A stretch of 64,000 bases of DNA, from NCBI RefSeq assembly GCF_009914755.1, contig NC_060929.1, one strand, 5' to 3'. The notes under the pieces were generated by a model. It saw only the letters and a program-made list of their open reading frames with translations, searched no databases and was not told the DNA's origin. Numbering within the stretch: the stretch's first letter is position 1; each line of letters opens with the position of its first letter. Shown in pieces: positions 14,401-30,923 of this stretch. This stretch comes from the human T2T-CHM13v2.0 reference genome, Homo sapiens. The translations under genes and the position numbers were made by a program.

Positions 14401-15538
14401 GCTGAAATAAAAAGATAAATAAAAAATAAAATTTAGTATCCTCTCTCTCATCTCTGCCTCACTCTCTACTCAGCACCTCTGAACCAACCCACCCACTCCC
14501 CAGCTTCAGGAGGACCGGGGTGCCCATGCTCTGTGTCTCATGATCTTCTGCCTACAGGAAGCCTATCCCATCCCCTACCCGAAGTTGGTTAACTTGTGTT
14601 TTTTCTTTCCAAGCTAGTTCTAGTTTCACTTCCTTCTGGTAGCCAATGGTGAGAGTTTTGATTCTGCCTGAGTTTGCTCCTTTCTCCATTGGTGGAGTCT
14701 TCAAGCCAATAGGCCAATGAATGATGATTCCTCACTGGACTCCTCTCTTGGTGGTCCTGCTCCTATGGACAGGAGCCCTCAGGCCATGCTTTGAAAGATG
14801 GCCACTACACATGCCGGATGTCCACTCTGTTCAGATGATGCTTGAGACTCAACCTGAATCTGGCTTTTCCTGGACTGGCAAGGTGTTGAGGGAGCAAGTT
14901 GTTGAGGAATCCACACAAGGGAATGATGGCTGACCTGGGAGGGTCCAGTACAGCTGCAGTGAGCCACATCTGCCTTGAGTGAAATTATTCCTAGATAATG
15001 AGAGAACCTCCTTTTTGGGACCCGGGGTGGGAAAATGGAGTGGGAAGGTTGGTGCCACTTCCTTGTTTTGTTCACAGAAGTGGTAAGATTCTTTCCTCCC
15101 TTCCAAGTGTCTGGTTGGTGCTCAGCTCAATGGAGGCCTGTTGTGTGGTTCTGGAGACCCAGTGGCGGTTCTAGAGAGGGCAGAGAGGTCAGGAGAATGA
15201 GGTGGAGAAGGGGCCAGTGGGAAATGGAAGTCAGATTACAGCGGATTAAGAAAGCTGGGAGAGAGTGAGGACCCTGCCAGATGCTTTGACTATGAAAAGA
15301 GGGAGAGAAGTCATAAGAGCAAGAAGGAAAAGCAGGGTCAGGTCAAGGCTTTTTGTAAATCAGACCAAAGACAGTGAGTACTTCAAGGTCAAGGAATGGA
15401 GTCAATAGCATAAAAATCTGAGAGTTTTGAAGGGAGAAGAGTGGAAGTGGAGGTGGGAATGAAGCTTCCCAGGAGGTGAACTGCTGTTCTTGGAGTTGTT
15501 TTCCCTGTCAGGAAAAACATCAAGGGATGAATTTAGAG

Positions 15539-16152
<614 letters not shown>

Positions 16153-16389
16153 ATTTAGAGAATAGGAAGGGGTCCAACTTTCAGCAAAACATGTAGTGAG
16201 GCAAGAATAAAGGTATCCTGTTTCAGGAGCTGAAATCGCAAACTTTAGCCCCTGTCGAGAATACAGTCTCACTATTTTTTGTCTACACTGTCAACATGAG
16301 TTCTCTCCAGGCTCTTGGTTTCAGCTCAGTTGAGGAATATTGTTCTTGTGGTTGCCCTGTCCTTAAGTAAATGGAACTGTGGAATTAAG

Positions 16390-16800
16390 AGGCAGTATTG
16401 AAGGGGCCTGAATCAAACTCTTCAGACTCAGTTTCCCTCTCTACCACTTACAAGCTGTGAGACATTGAGTGAGTTACTTAACCTCTCTGTGCCTCAGTTT
16501 CCTTATCTCTGAAATGAGGATGTAATAACAAATTTAATCAATTTTTGTATGTATGTATGTATGTATGTATTTAATAGAGACAGGGTCTCACTATGTTGTC
16601 CAGGCTGGTCTTAAACTCCTGGGCTCAAGTGATCGTCCTGCCTTGGCCTCCCAAAGTGCTGAGATTACAGGCATGAAGCCACCAAGCTCAGCCAGTAATA
16701 ACAAATTTTAATTAAATGACATTTTATAGCTATGTTATAGGGTTGTTGCAAAAACTGAATGTAGATGACTTAGAACAATACTTGACCCACAGTTAAGGCT
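16390..16800 (+). mobile_element. MIR interrupted by an antisense Alu monomer (FLAM-like, ~16541-16693) with (ATGT)n tail
   Basis: MIR core gagttacttaacctctctgtgcctcagtttcctt; monomer flanked by TSD gtaataacaaattt. Confidence 0.8.
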
Positions 16801-18808
16801 TAACAAGTAAGTTAAATTTTAAAAGAAAATGTTTAGGGTACTTTGAGTCAGTGTTAATTACCATTGTAGATTTTTTCAAAAAAATGTTTAAGGACCAGGA
16901 CTCGTTTATGGAATGTTGAAGTCTGAGTTTAAGCAGAAAACTGCTTCCTCCAACCTTCTGTTTACTTTGAAGAAATACCACACATAAAGTTTCACATTTA
17001 CCAAATTAAAATATGTGAAGCAGTGATCAATATATTATCCTTAGGAGCTGCCTTAGAATGGGAGATATACTCTTTAAAATATTTCATAAATGGAATAGCC
17101 AAATTGAATCTGAGATACTGGTGTTTCGGAGACGTGTGCCAGTGACATAAGGCAGCTTTGTTCTAATTGCATCCCACATTTGAAAAACTTTTTCATTAAG
17201 ATTATCCGAATGAAGAGGTGGTTAGAATGGGGCTGAGGGTGGAGGAGAGGAGGCCAAGGAAGCAGAAACCTTGTAAAAGCTACTGCCCACATGCCCTTTA
17301 TCTGTTAGTCAATGCCCCATTTTTCAAATGAGCTTTTACAATAACCAGATAGCTGGATCACATCACTAAGTGAGGATGCATGAACCTGCCTGCCTGCTTA
17401 TGTCCAGCTCAACCCTTCTAACTGAGTGCAAAGTTGATTGTTGCCTATAAAAGTGGAAAATGGACCTGATAAAAATGTTTAGTCTGCAAGGCTTCATTTT
17501 ATTTATCATATCAGAAAAGAACAATGTTTTGTGTTGTGGTCAAAATAGAAGCCGACCTTGCTTGTTCACAAAAGCTCAAATCCTAGAGATAAAGGGGGCA
17601 AAATAATAGAGTACAATAGAAGGAGTAGGGTGTAATTATTTGTAGCTTGTCAAGTGAAGCCCTTTCAAGCCCCAGGTGATTCAAATCTGGGAACTCTGCA
17701 CAATTCTGTAAACTAACCACAACCAGCATCAGAGAAATCTCCCCTGGCCCACAGACAGCACCGAAATTGCATCCGTTTGTCATGCACTGAGCATGCCAGC
17801 CTCACACAATATCATTTGGTTGCAAATGGGCCTGCCCCCAAAGCCCTGAAACACATTCTGTGGTATCTGACTCTTGGCCTGCGATTTGTCATGTCCCTGC
17901 TGCTATCAGTGTGCAGTAATTTTAATAGATTCTGATGGTTTCCTTGTAGAAACTCAGGATGCAGCTGGTTTGGACATGGGACACAGGAGAGACTCTTCTG
18001 GCCAAAGACAGCAGGAGTGTGTGCAGAAAAATTGGAGAATCATTTAATTTCATTAAAAATTTGTTATAGGATATATGGAGTTATGTTTTATGATTTTTTT
18101 TAAAAAAAGCATTTCACAGTTTAATATATGGAAATATGTTGTTCATTTTATCTTTAAAATAGTTGCCTTTTTAGAGATATATTACTGACAGTATACTTAC
18201 TCAACTTTCAGAAGTGACAGCTGTATGAATGAAGTTAGTCTAATATAATGGTTTATTTGGTCCCTTACTGTTCAAAATGTGGTATGGATCAGCAGCATTG
18301 GTGAGAGTGTGTTAGAAATGCAGATTGTCAGGCCCTATCCCAGACCTACAAAATCGGACCAGGGGATTCATACGCACATTTAAGTTTGAGAAGCTCAGGA
18401 TCTCAGGCTTAGAGCACAGGCTTTAGAGTCAGAGAGATCTGTGTTGATATTCTGTCTTTCTGACTTAGCGTGCTTGACTCTGGGCAGTTTGATCAATTCT
18501 GCTAAGCTTCAGATTCCTCATCTACTGAGTAGGGATTATAATTACATCATATGGTTATTGTGAGGATTGAATAAAATTATATATACATAAAATTATATAA
18601 TTAGGTATACATATATATTAAATAAATATGTATATATAAAATTATGATAAATATAAGTATCTTTATCTATACTTCTATCTGTATACATAGAACCTGACAT
18701 AGAAAAAACATATAGTAAATTAAAGATGTCATATAGTGTTGGTTCCATGGACTTTGCCTTAAAAGCATTAACATTTGTCTAATTGTGAAACAATTCACCT
18801 GCAGATAA

Positions 18809-19123
<315 letters not shown>

Positions 19124-20515
19124 TGAATTTTGAATTTTATAGATGAACTTTAGCCAACTGTGGCTGAATTTAGCATTAGGATGCCTCTACTCCTTCCCAC
19201 ATACCTTGTTAGCCTTTTTTCCTACAGCGTCTTTCTGTTGTGATTTAGAGTATATGGTAGAGCCATAGACAGTGCTGGCTACTTGGAGAGTTGTGTAAAA
19301 TGTACCACCCCCTAACTCTTGGAGATTGGACTTGGTCGCATCTCAGTGTCAGCCAGATTCTGGATAGAGAGCCCTCTAGGCCTTCCGGCCTTGGCACAGC
19401 ACAGAGCTCCTGCCCTCATCTCTTTGTTCTGTGTTCTGGACCCACTGTGAATGCTTGGGGCTCTCTGTGTCTTGAAACATCCTGATTGTCACAGGTGGGG
19501 ACACAGTCATTTTTTCCTAGTATGGACCTATGGGAAAAAATATAGAGATAAAAATTAAGGGCCAGATATAAAATAATTTTTTCCCTTGAAAAACACTGTT
19601 TTTTCCTCCTTTCCTTTTTTTAATCTTACAATTAATCTCTCAATCTCTGTCTGTAAATGTCAATTTTTCAGCTCACTGGCTTTTAAATTATGAATAATAA
19701 CATAAAAATTTAGTTAATTAGGTCACCCAAGTATATGATTTATTTTCATATCAGACCAGTTAAGGACATGGGGGTGGGAGCATATATAGGGAAAAATGGG
19801 AGTAGGAGAGGAATTGGAGAAAGCTGGGCAGGGAGACAGAATGGCTTGAGTGGAGGAATGGGTGGAGCAGATCAAGGGAAAGAGCCACAGAGAAAGCAAA
19901 AGTAGAAACAGAGCAAGGTACTGCAGTGAGCCAGTGGATGAATCAGCGTGGCTAGGGAGATTTGTTCAGAATCATTTAACTAGCTATTGTCAGTGGTTTA
20001 GAAGGAGATAACTGTTCTTTAACACGGGTTTCTAATCTTGAAATTACACGCAGAATCTTATAGTATGTGTGTGCATGTTTCCACAGAGGCCTTCAGATTT
20101 TCAGATCTGTGACTCCAAGAAAGGTTGAGAATCACTCCACATCACTGCTCCTAATGGCACTTCTACTAAAGCCAAAATTGTCCCCTATGAGTTATATTTC
20201 TGCATATTTAAGGGCTTTCTTCTTTGTTTATACAATTATTAATAGCATTTTCTGTATTTATTAATATATGATTATAGTTAAATTTATTGAACAGAAATGA
20301 ACAAATGGCATATCTTCCTAGATACTATTACCATTACATTCTTTTCTTTTCAAATTTTAAACTTCTTTCGTTGGTTGCTTTAGTGATGGTTAGCTTTTGC
20401 CATAACTCTATGAACTTCTATTAATGTCTGCATTACCTTAAGGTGTTAATGTTACTATCTTGGAGCCAGTAAGCTTCTAAAACTGTCAGAAATGTATTAC
20501 TCAGGGTTGTCACAT

Positions 20516-20829
20516 TATTTATTCTTTTTTTTTGTTTTTCGAGACAGTATCTTGATCTGTCACCCAGGCTGGAGTGCAGTGGCACAAAATTATAGCTCAC
20601 TGCAAGCTTGAACTCCTGGGCTCAAGAGATCCTCCCACCTTACCCTCCGGAATAGCTGGGACTGCAGGCACGCATGCGCCACCACACCTGGCTAATTTTT
20701 TAAAATTTTTGGTGGAGATGGGTTCTCAATCTATTGCCCAGCTGGTATTGAACTCCTGGGCTCAAGCAATCCTCTCACCTTAGTCTCTCAAAGTGTTGGG
20801 ATTACAGGCATGAGCCAGTACTCCTCGCC
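20516..20829 (-). mobile_element. AluJ
   Basis: Antisense Alu dimer. Confidence 0.9.
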
Positions 20830-21099
20830 ACATCATTGACTGTTACATTAGAACTTTGCTTGAGTGGATTGGTGACTATTTTCTGTGATAATTCCATTGG
20901 TTCTTCGGAAGAAACAGATTTAGCAAACACTATTTGATTTATTCAATTGAATATATAAATATCCAGTTTTACTCACAAAGTTAGAATTTGGAAGTCTCAG
21001 ATATGAAACACATTTTCTAACTTTTCCTTTGGTTCCTGTAGGAATCAGTTAGTCTGATTTGAATTCTGGATTTTTTTCCTCTACTTATTGCTGCCTTGA

Positions 21100-21427
<328 letters not shown>

Positions 21428-22693
21428 TGTTTCTTTATCACATAAAAAAAAATGTATTTCTCTCAATAAAATCTGTACTCTATAATTACAGTTCCAACTG
21501 CAGTTGACTCACCTTAAACTTTAATAATAGAGAATAAGCAATAGAGACTGTAAGGTGTGTCAGGTAGGGATTAGGAGAAAGGTTCTGACAGACGAGCAGA
21601 TGTGTGGGGTGAAATAATAGGTGTCGAGGAGTGGGGGTGCTCTGTGGTTGCCGAGAGTGGAGAGCGTCTCAGCTTCTCTCTGTTGAGAAGCCCCTGTTCT
21701 AGCAGAAGGTATGTAGTCTCTGAATGGAGAGCTCAAGATTTATGCACAGCTGGTCAGAAAAATGCCTCCATTGTGGAAAACAAAATGCATTTGTACGAAC
21801 ATTTCTGCTTAGGACCATTGTACCAAATTGGCACGTGTATTCTTAGAGACCCGTTGGCCATTTCAGAAGCACGCTATTATGGAAAAGAACATGTTGAAAT
21901 GAGAGTGGTATAAACAGTTTAGAAGTAAACAAGTCAAATCTTGTTATTTTAAAAGCAGAGTCAGAGGGCTGGCCTTGAATGGGGTTAGGGAAGCTTCCTG
22001 CCTCTGTGAGAATGGAAGGAAGAAAGGAGGCTGGGTGTGTAGGTGGGGTGGGGGTGTGTCCAAAGCCAGTCCTCTGTATTGGGGGCTTCCCATTTTTCTT
22101 GGATGTTGCTTCCTTCCTGCTTGCCTCCCTGCCTCTCCTCCCCAAGCTCATTCTCTGTGTTCCCTCTAGAGCAGAAACCTGTTGCCCACAGCCTAGCCAA
22201 TGAGGTAGGGTGAGGTGGGGGTAGGGGAGCACACTGTTCAATGCCCCAGGCCCCTCCTGTGTTCCACGGTCTTCCATCTCTGGGTTTGGAATCCCTGGCA
22301 GCCCCTCCTCACTTTTGTATCATCTTCTTTTGTACATGCTTTGAGAATGGTGGCTTCCTCCTTTCCCCCCTTCTAATGCCTTACTATCTGTGACAGTTTT
22401 TGGTGTACTGAAAGCACCCATTCTTATATCTCTAAGGAATTTGGGGTGGAATTTGGGGTCATTTCTAAGGAATTTGGGGTGGAAAGGCCTACAGCCTATT
22501 CTCAGTCTGCCAGCTTAACTCTGGACCAAGCAGCTCCTCCTTTCCTTTGGGCCCTGACTTTCCCAGATGAGCAGCCAGTTAAGGTTAAAGAATCAGTGGA
22601 TTTGGAATAAGGACGGAGGTTTGGAGGATTCTGGGCTTGGGAAAAATAAGAGCAAAGGTACTGAAATAAAACCAAGTATAGTGTGTGCTAGTG

Positions 22694-22943
22694 CAGTGGT
22701 CCCCAACCATGGACAGGTGGTCGGGGGAGGGGGGATGAGATGAAACTGTTCCACCTCAGATCATCAGGCATTAGTTAGATTCTCATAAGGAGTGTGCACC
22801 CTAGATCCCTTGCATGCACAGTTCACAGTAGGGTTCATGCTCCTATGAGAATCTAATGCCCCCGCTGATCCGACCTGCTGTGTGGCTGGGTTCCTAACAG
22901 GCCACAGACCGTTTCCCCGCGGCCCGGGGGTTGAGGGCCCCTG
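22694..22943. mobile_element. MER1B-like hAT-Charlie element
   Basis: cagtggtccccaacc...gaaactgttccacctcagatcatcaggcattagttagattctcataaggag...ggttgagggcccctg; 8-bp TSD tgctag(t/a)g. Confidence 0.88.
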
Positions 22944-23422
22944 TGCTAGAGGACAGGGACAGGGTTCAGAGCAAGTGGTTGTACTCCAAAGTGCCAGGAG
23001 TTTAGTGGTAGGTGAGGGGGAGTGCAAGGAGATGCTACAGCTTCGTGATGACACTTCAGACATGAATTAAGGTGGAAGACTAAAGACATACAATTGATTC
23101 TTGACAGTGGGAAAACATTCATTTTTAGTAATTGCTTTGCAAATACCTATGGAATACTTTATAGAAGAGAATGTGAATTTTAATAAAGTTGTCTATTTGA
23201 TTACTGGTACATTTCTGTCATCTTAATTTGTGTTTTCTGTTTATCAAACTTAATTCCTGTCTCTCTCTCTCCTCTCTTCTATTAGGTGGATAGTTCTTTA
23301 TCTGTCTTTTCCATGTATCTTGCCAGCCACTCTGGAAGCGATACATTTTTGAATATTTAATACAAAAATTGTAACTTTTATTATTTGTTGTATATGTTTC
23401 TAATAACATTTAAAATTATTCG

Positions 23423-23788
<366 letters not shown>

Positions 23789-23949
23789 TTACTGTTCTCC
23801 CTCATCCCACTTTTGTTTTTATAGGGGATGTCTAGAATTTTTGTTCAGCTTTTTTAATTTAAAAAAAGTTATTTTAACAAATAATTTATTCATATCCGTA
23901 CTTACTGTTTTTTCCTGCATCCCATTGTTTCCCTCTGGGCTTACATTTT

Positions 23950-24590
23950 ATTTGCTAAAGTATAGTTTATTAATTGAAACAAGGATCTCTGGGTGATAAT
24001 CATTAATAAAATAAATAAAAATAAGTAGATAAGTCAGTAAGTTAGACAGTTATCCTAACTGTACCTATACTCTGGGTGGAGAGTTTAGCTCCATTCACAA
24101 GTCTGAGTTGACAGTCATCTTTTATCAACACTTTGAATATATTACTTGATTATTTTTGGCATCTGTTGTTGCTGGTAAGAAGTCTGCTGTCAGCCTAATT
24201 GTCGTTTATCTGTGAGTAATCTGATTTTCTCTCTAATAGTTTAAAGACTTTTCTCTATCTTTACTGTTCTGCATTTTCAGCAGCAGTATATTCAGGAGAG
24301 AGTCTATTTTTATTTAGCCTTTTCACCATTCTCTGTGCTTTTTAAATCTGAGGACTCGGGTCTTTATTGAATTCTGGGAAATTGTCAGCTCTTAGAACTA
24401 CTTTTAGATGTATGTAGAGTCTTCTCCATCTAGCCTTTATGCCTTTTCATTACTCGATTTCATATTTTTTATGCCCTTATCTCTCTTGCTATGTTCTGGG
24501 TAATTTTATAAGATTCCTCTTCCACTTCACCAGTTTTCTCTTCAGCTTTGTCTAATTGGTTGTTTAACTGAACCAGAGTTCTTGATTTCA
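23950..24590 (-). mobile_element. Ancient L1M fragment
   Basis: T-rich text ctgttgttgctggtaagaagtctgctgtcagcctaattg...aattctgggaaattgtcagc typical of antisense old L1. Confidence 0.6.
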
Positions 24591-24599
24591 GTCACTGTA

Positions 24600-24891
<292 letters not shown>

Positions 24892-25199
24892 TATATTGTA
24901 TAAATATATAGGATTTTTATTTGGTTTCTTTTCATGTCTACCTATATATGTTTCATTTGACTTGCTTTTGATTTATCCTATTCTAATGGGTGTTTTTCCT
25001 TTCCTTATCCTTTTGAGCAGATTAAGTGTTCTTTACATTTTTCAGTTCTATTATTTGCATTTTTTTGATTATTTGTTGACTGTTCTTCTATGGTTTATAA
25101 TTTTAATCTGCAGGCTTACTTGGAATGTGAGTCTACCTTCCCTCCACACTGTTTTGTTGCATCCTCCTGGTCCCTAGTTCAGGCCAGGTTCCTATCCGT

Positions 25200-25420
25200 T
25201 AGGGAGGGAGAGAGTATAGCACAGTTAAGAGTGAAGGCTCTGAAACCTGACAGCCTGAGTTCAAGTCTTGGCGCTATTGGTTACTTGTGTGTTGTCTTGG
25301 GCATATTATTTAACAGTTCCTCACCTATCAAATGAGGATAATGATAGTATCTAAAACTGTTATTTTGATGATTTCAATAAGTTATTGCTCAGAAGAGTAT
25401 CTGGATCATAATAAGCACTT
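25200..25420 (+). mobile_element. MIR
   Basis: gttaagagtgaaggctctgaaacctgacagcctgagttcaagtcttggc...aatgaggataatgatagtatct. Confidence 0.7.
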
Positions 25421-25629
25421 CATAAATTCTGACAAATATATTCAGAATATTGCAGATCCAGAATGACCCAACAGGATTTTTGCTCAATATCTGGTTTCTT
25501 GGCTCCATCAGCTACTTACTTTCTGCTGCCTCCGATATGCAGCTTTATTTAAGCCACAACTCTAAGTGGCCATAAGAATCCCCATTTCAAGCAGTGGGTG
25601 ATCCTGGCTCCCCTAACACTATTCCCTAG

Positions 25630-26029
<400 letters not shown>

Positions 26030-26235
26030 AGGACAACTTTTTAAATAACTTTATTTTGAAATAATTTTAAGTGTACCAGAAAGTTGCAAAACTAATACAA
26101 AGAATTCTCAGCATTCCTCAATTTTTAACATCTTTCCACTTTTGCTTTATTATTTCCCCCTGCCCTTCTCTGTTTTTTATAGGTATCTATATCTATATCT
26201 ATATACACTCATCTATCTATCTGTATAGATGTATA

Positions 26236-26464
26236 CAGGCTGAGTACCCCTCATTCGAAAATCTGAAATCTGAAGTGCTCCAAAATTCAAAACTTTTTTG
26301 TGTACCAACATGAGGCTCAAAGGAAACGCTCATTGAAACATTTCAGATTTCAGATTTTCAGATTAGGGATACTCAACCAATACATATAATGCAGATATTC
26401 CAAAATGGAAAAAGACTAAAACCCTTTTTGTCTCAGGCATTTCGGATAAGGGATACTCAATCCG
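26236..26464. mobile_element. MER46/Tigger4-type MITE inside an old L1M
   Basis: caggctgagtaccc...aaaatctgaaatctgaagtgctccaaaattc...ggataagggatactcaatc; preceded by TA. Confidence 0.85.
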
Positions 26465-26628
26465 TGTATGTGTATATATATATACACACATATATATATA
26501 CACATATATATATACACATACATATGTATATATATGTGTATATATATATGTGTATATATATGTATATGTATGTGTATATATATGTATATATATATGTATG
26601 TGTATATATATATGTGTATATATATACA
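26465..26628. repeat. Compound (TA)n/(TATG)n microsatellite
   Basis: ~160 bp of tatatatgtg/tatatacaca units. Confidence 0.95.
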
Positions 26629-27344
26629 TTATACCTCTTCTCCCTTCATTTTTTCATTATTCCTAAGGACAAAAAATCTCTTAACATAATCACGGTAAAA
26701 TTGTCAAATCAGGAAGTTTAATATTGAAACAGTATTTTGTAGTCTGTATTACAAATTTGTCAGTTGTCCCAATAATGTCCTTTTTAGTATTTTTTTTTTT
26801 TTTGCTGGTACAAGATCCAAATAGTACATTATATTTACTTGCCATGTCTTTTTAGTCTCCTTCAATCTGGAACTGCCTCTCAGCCCTTCTTTGTCCTCTA
26901 TGGCATTGTCATTTTTGTAAAGAGACAGGCCAGTTGAGACAGGCCATAGACTGTCCTTCAATTTGGCTTCATCTGATGGTTCCTTATAGTAGGTAGATTT
27001 AGGTGACGCATTTGGGGCTGGAAAACCTTCTTGGGGTATCACATTCAGAGGCACATGGTATCTGTCTGCCCCCGACTAATAATGCTAATTTTGACCACTG
27101 GTTAGGTTTTGATGTTTTCTCTGTTGTCTATGATGGTTTTTTTTCCTTTTATAATTATTAACTAACACTTGGGAAGACATTTTGAGATTATATAAGGATT
27201 CTGTTCCTCATCAAATGTTTCTGTCCTGGTTCAGCAGACATTAATTGTTTTTTGCCTAAGTTTTTACTCTCTTGTTGGCAAAATGATGATTATCTACCTC
27301 CATCATTCCTTCTCTGTAAGGAAAAGATTTCCATTTAGAGGGGA

Positions 27345-27645
27345 TTTTTTTTTTTTTTTTTTGACACGGAATCTCACTCTGTGGCCCAGGCTGGAATGCA
27401 GTGGTGCTATCTCAGCTCACTACAACCTCCGCCTCCTAGGTTCAAGCGATTCTTCCACCTTTGACTCCCAAGTAGCTGGAATTACAGGCGCCCGCCACCA
27501 CACCCGTCTAATTTTTTGTATTTTTAGTAGAGACAGTGTTTCACCCTGTTGGCCAGGCTGGTCTCGAACTTCTGACCTCAAGTGATCTGCCCGTCTCAGC
27601 CTCCCAAAGGGCTGGAAGTACAAGTATGAGCCACCGCACCCGGCC
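27345..27645 (-). mobile_element. AluS
   Basis: Antisense dimer; TSD tagaggggatttt / tagagggaactttt. Confidence 0.93.
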
Positions 27646-29297
27646 TAGAGGGAACTTTTAAAGCATGAATTTATAGCCCTATCTTGACAATGAAGTACCC
27701 AATATATCTTTCAGGAAATGAGCTGTAGTTGAGCAATAACGTTAACTGTAATCCTTTTTTGTACCTTTTCAGAAACAGGAATTGTTAATTAAAATTTTTA
27801 TCCCTTCAAGATTTTTCTGCAAGGATTTTAAAGTAAAATTTAAATAGTATATAAGAGTATGAAGTGAAAACCCAAAGCCTCTTTTCTGTCTTACCTCTCA
27901 GGTGGTAATAGTTTGGCATAGAGCCTTCCAGACAAAAATGGAATCATATGAAGTTATTGTTCTGGAAATTGCTTTTTCAAATGGAAGACTTACATATCAG
28001 GTATTTTTGACTGTAGAAAACTTTACCTAGTGTTTTTTTGTTTTTTGTTTTTTTTCCTAAGTAGTTTATTTTTCTGGTTGAAATGGTTTAGGAATGTTGA
28101 CTTTAAAGTGCCTATTTATTCTAATATCAATGTATTCTATTTTAAAAATACCGATTGGCAGGTAATTTTAAGAATTCTTTAAAGCTAAGTGTTAAATTAA
28201 AAAAGCAAGTTACCAAATGATATGTACAGTATGAGACTATTTGTGGGAAAAATGCCATATCAGTTTTATTTTTATTGGCACATACACTTGAAGTAATCAT
28301 GGTTATCTAGGGAAAATGCTGTTTTATTGAGGTAAAATGGGGGAGTTTTATTTTCTTTTATTGAATTTTTTTCAGTGATGATGTATTCATTTTTTAAAGT
28401 AAATTGCAATTTTTTATAAGTATTATAAGTCTTACATATTACCTCACATAGTTTTCAGTTGTTTCTTTCCACACTTCCTGCTCTTTAAGCAGTAATACAT
28501 ACTCCCAAAGAAGGCCTCTCATGATTCTGGAGAAGTATTACTGGATCTTCCAGATTTATTAAAAATTACATTGACTCTGGTCTGATTTACTTATGTAGAG
28601 ACTTACCTTTTTCAAACCCTTGTTATGTTCGGCTGTATTATTCTTTGAATAGACTTTTTGGGCTGGCCAGGAAAATTAATGTTTCTGTGAAGAAATGTGT
28701 TGTGAATGTTAGTTATTGACTTGTGAGCAAACATGTGAGAATAAAATGTGTGTAAGTTGGAGACTGTTGAGTGACTAAAAGTTTGCTTCTCTCATTGAAA
28801 TAGGAATGGTAAGGGTAAGAATATGGGAGTGTAGGGTCAAAGGCATGAATTTATAACATCGTGAGGACCTTCACAAATGGGGAAGTCCATGCAGCAGACT
28901 TATTTCTTTTGTTTTTTCCACCAATGATTAATTTTGAGAAATTAAAATTTAAACCTAAAGGAATATTGAAAGCACAGTATAAGGACATCTTATATTCATT
29001 CAGATTCACCAGTTAACCTTTTGCTGTTTGTTTTATATTCTTTTTCTCTCCCTTAGTCTCTCTCTTTCTCTACACACACCCACACCCACACACATAACAC
29101 ACACACATGCACTGTGCACACATTTTATTTATATTTTTTAGTTGAAGCCTCAGAAAGTTAGTTGTTATCTTACTTTCACTCCCAAATTACATTTTACCCT
29201 TTTGACCCAGTGGTTAACTAGAGTAATGATCTTTGCCTGAATAAGGTATTACATTGATAGTTGCAAAATGCTGCATTTTCTACCTGTCATTTCCTTT

Positions 29298-29612
29298 AAA
29301 TAAATTTATTTATTTTTTATTTTATTTATTTACTTTTTTTTATTGAGACAGAGTCTCGCTTTGGAGTGCAGTGGCGTGATCCTGGCTTACTGCAACTTCT
29401 GCCTCCCAAGTTCAAGCAATTCTTGTTCCTTAGCCTCCCGAGTAGCTGGGACTACAGGCGCCCACCACCATGCCCCGTTAATTTTTGTATTTTTAAAAGA
29501 CTGGGTTTCACCGTGTTGGCCAGGCTGCTCTTGAACTCCTGGCCTCAAGTGATCTGTCTGCCTCGGCCTCCCAAAGTGCTGGGATTACAGGCGTGAGCCA
29601 CCGTGCCCAGCC
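29298..29612 (-). mobile_element. AluS (first of tandem pair)
   Basis: Antisense dimer flanked by catttccttt. Confidence 0.92.
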
Positions 29613-29622
29613 CATTTCCTTT

Positions 29623-29941
<319 letters not shown>

Positions 29942-30633
29942 CATTTCCTCTAAATTTACTAGCTGGCATTCTTCTGCAAAGAGAAACTTCTCTCTTTCCT
30001 CCTTACTCTCTTGTATTTCTATAGACCCATGGCTTAAAAAAAAAAAAAAATTCAAAGTGTTTTCTATTACTGTCATCATTCTTTTAATGCCCAATTGTTT
30101 CAAATTTGTCACAAGGGATCTCCTAGTCGGCTCTTGTGTCCTTTTGACATGACCCCATTTTTTTTTTTGATGACCATTTCTTATGTTTTGTCCAATAAGA
30201 TATGCAGGTTCACCTTGTACTTTCACAATTCTACATTTCTGCAAGGACTCCTGCCTCCTTTTATTGGATAATGGTATGTAGAAACCAAGATCTGCGTGGT
30301 AGGTGTGCTATGGTTAATCATTGCTTTTAGACTCTTTCAGTAAATACAACTAAGAAATATGCTTATTTTATATGTATATATATACATACACATATACATA
30401 TATACACATAGTTATATATGTAAAGTGTGAGCATATACACATATTTTAAATTATGACATTTCATTTTGTATCTCTTTTTCCCTCATGCATAATAATTCTA
30501 GCATTTCAACCCAAAACTGTTTTAACAATAAACTCACTAAATAGAATTTAAGATTTTTATGCAGCACATTTTGTCTTAGAATATATTTCATTAGGTTTGT
30601 ACAGTTAGAGTTCTGCATTCAAAAGTTACTTGA

Positions 30634-30923
30634 AGCCAGGAGCAGTGGCTCACGCCTGTAATCCCAGCACTTTGCGAGGCCAAGGCGGGCGATCACTTGA
30701 GTTCAGGAGTTCGAGACCAGCCTGGCCAAAAATGTTGAAACCCTGTCTCTACTAAAAAATACAAAAAAGTTAGCTGGGCTTGGTGATGGGTGCTTTGTAA
30801 TCCCAGCTACTTGGGAAGCTGTGGCAGGAGAATCGCTTGAACCCGGTTGCTGTGAGCCAAGATTATACCATTGCACTCCAGCCTGTGCAACAGAGCAAGA
30901 CTCCAAATCGAAAAAAAAAAAAA
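30634..30923 (+). mobile_element. AluS
   Basis: Sense dimer; TSD aaaagt(t/a)acttgaa. Confidence 0.92.

Noticed and set aside
26363-26721. Tyr/Ile-rich ORFs
   Set aside because: Translation of a TA/TG microsatellite
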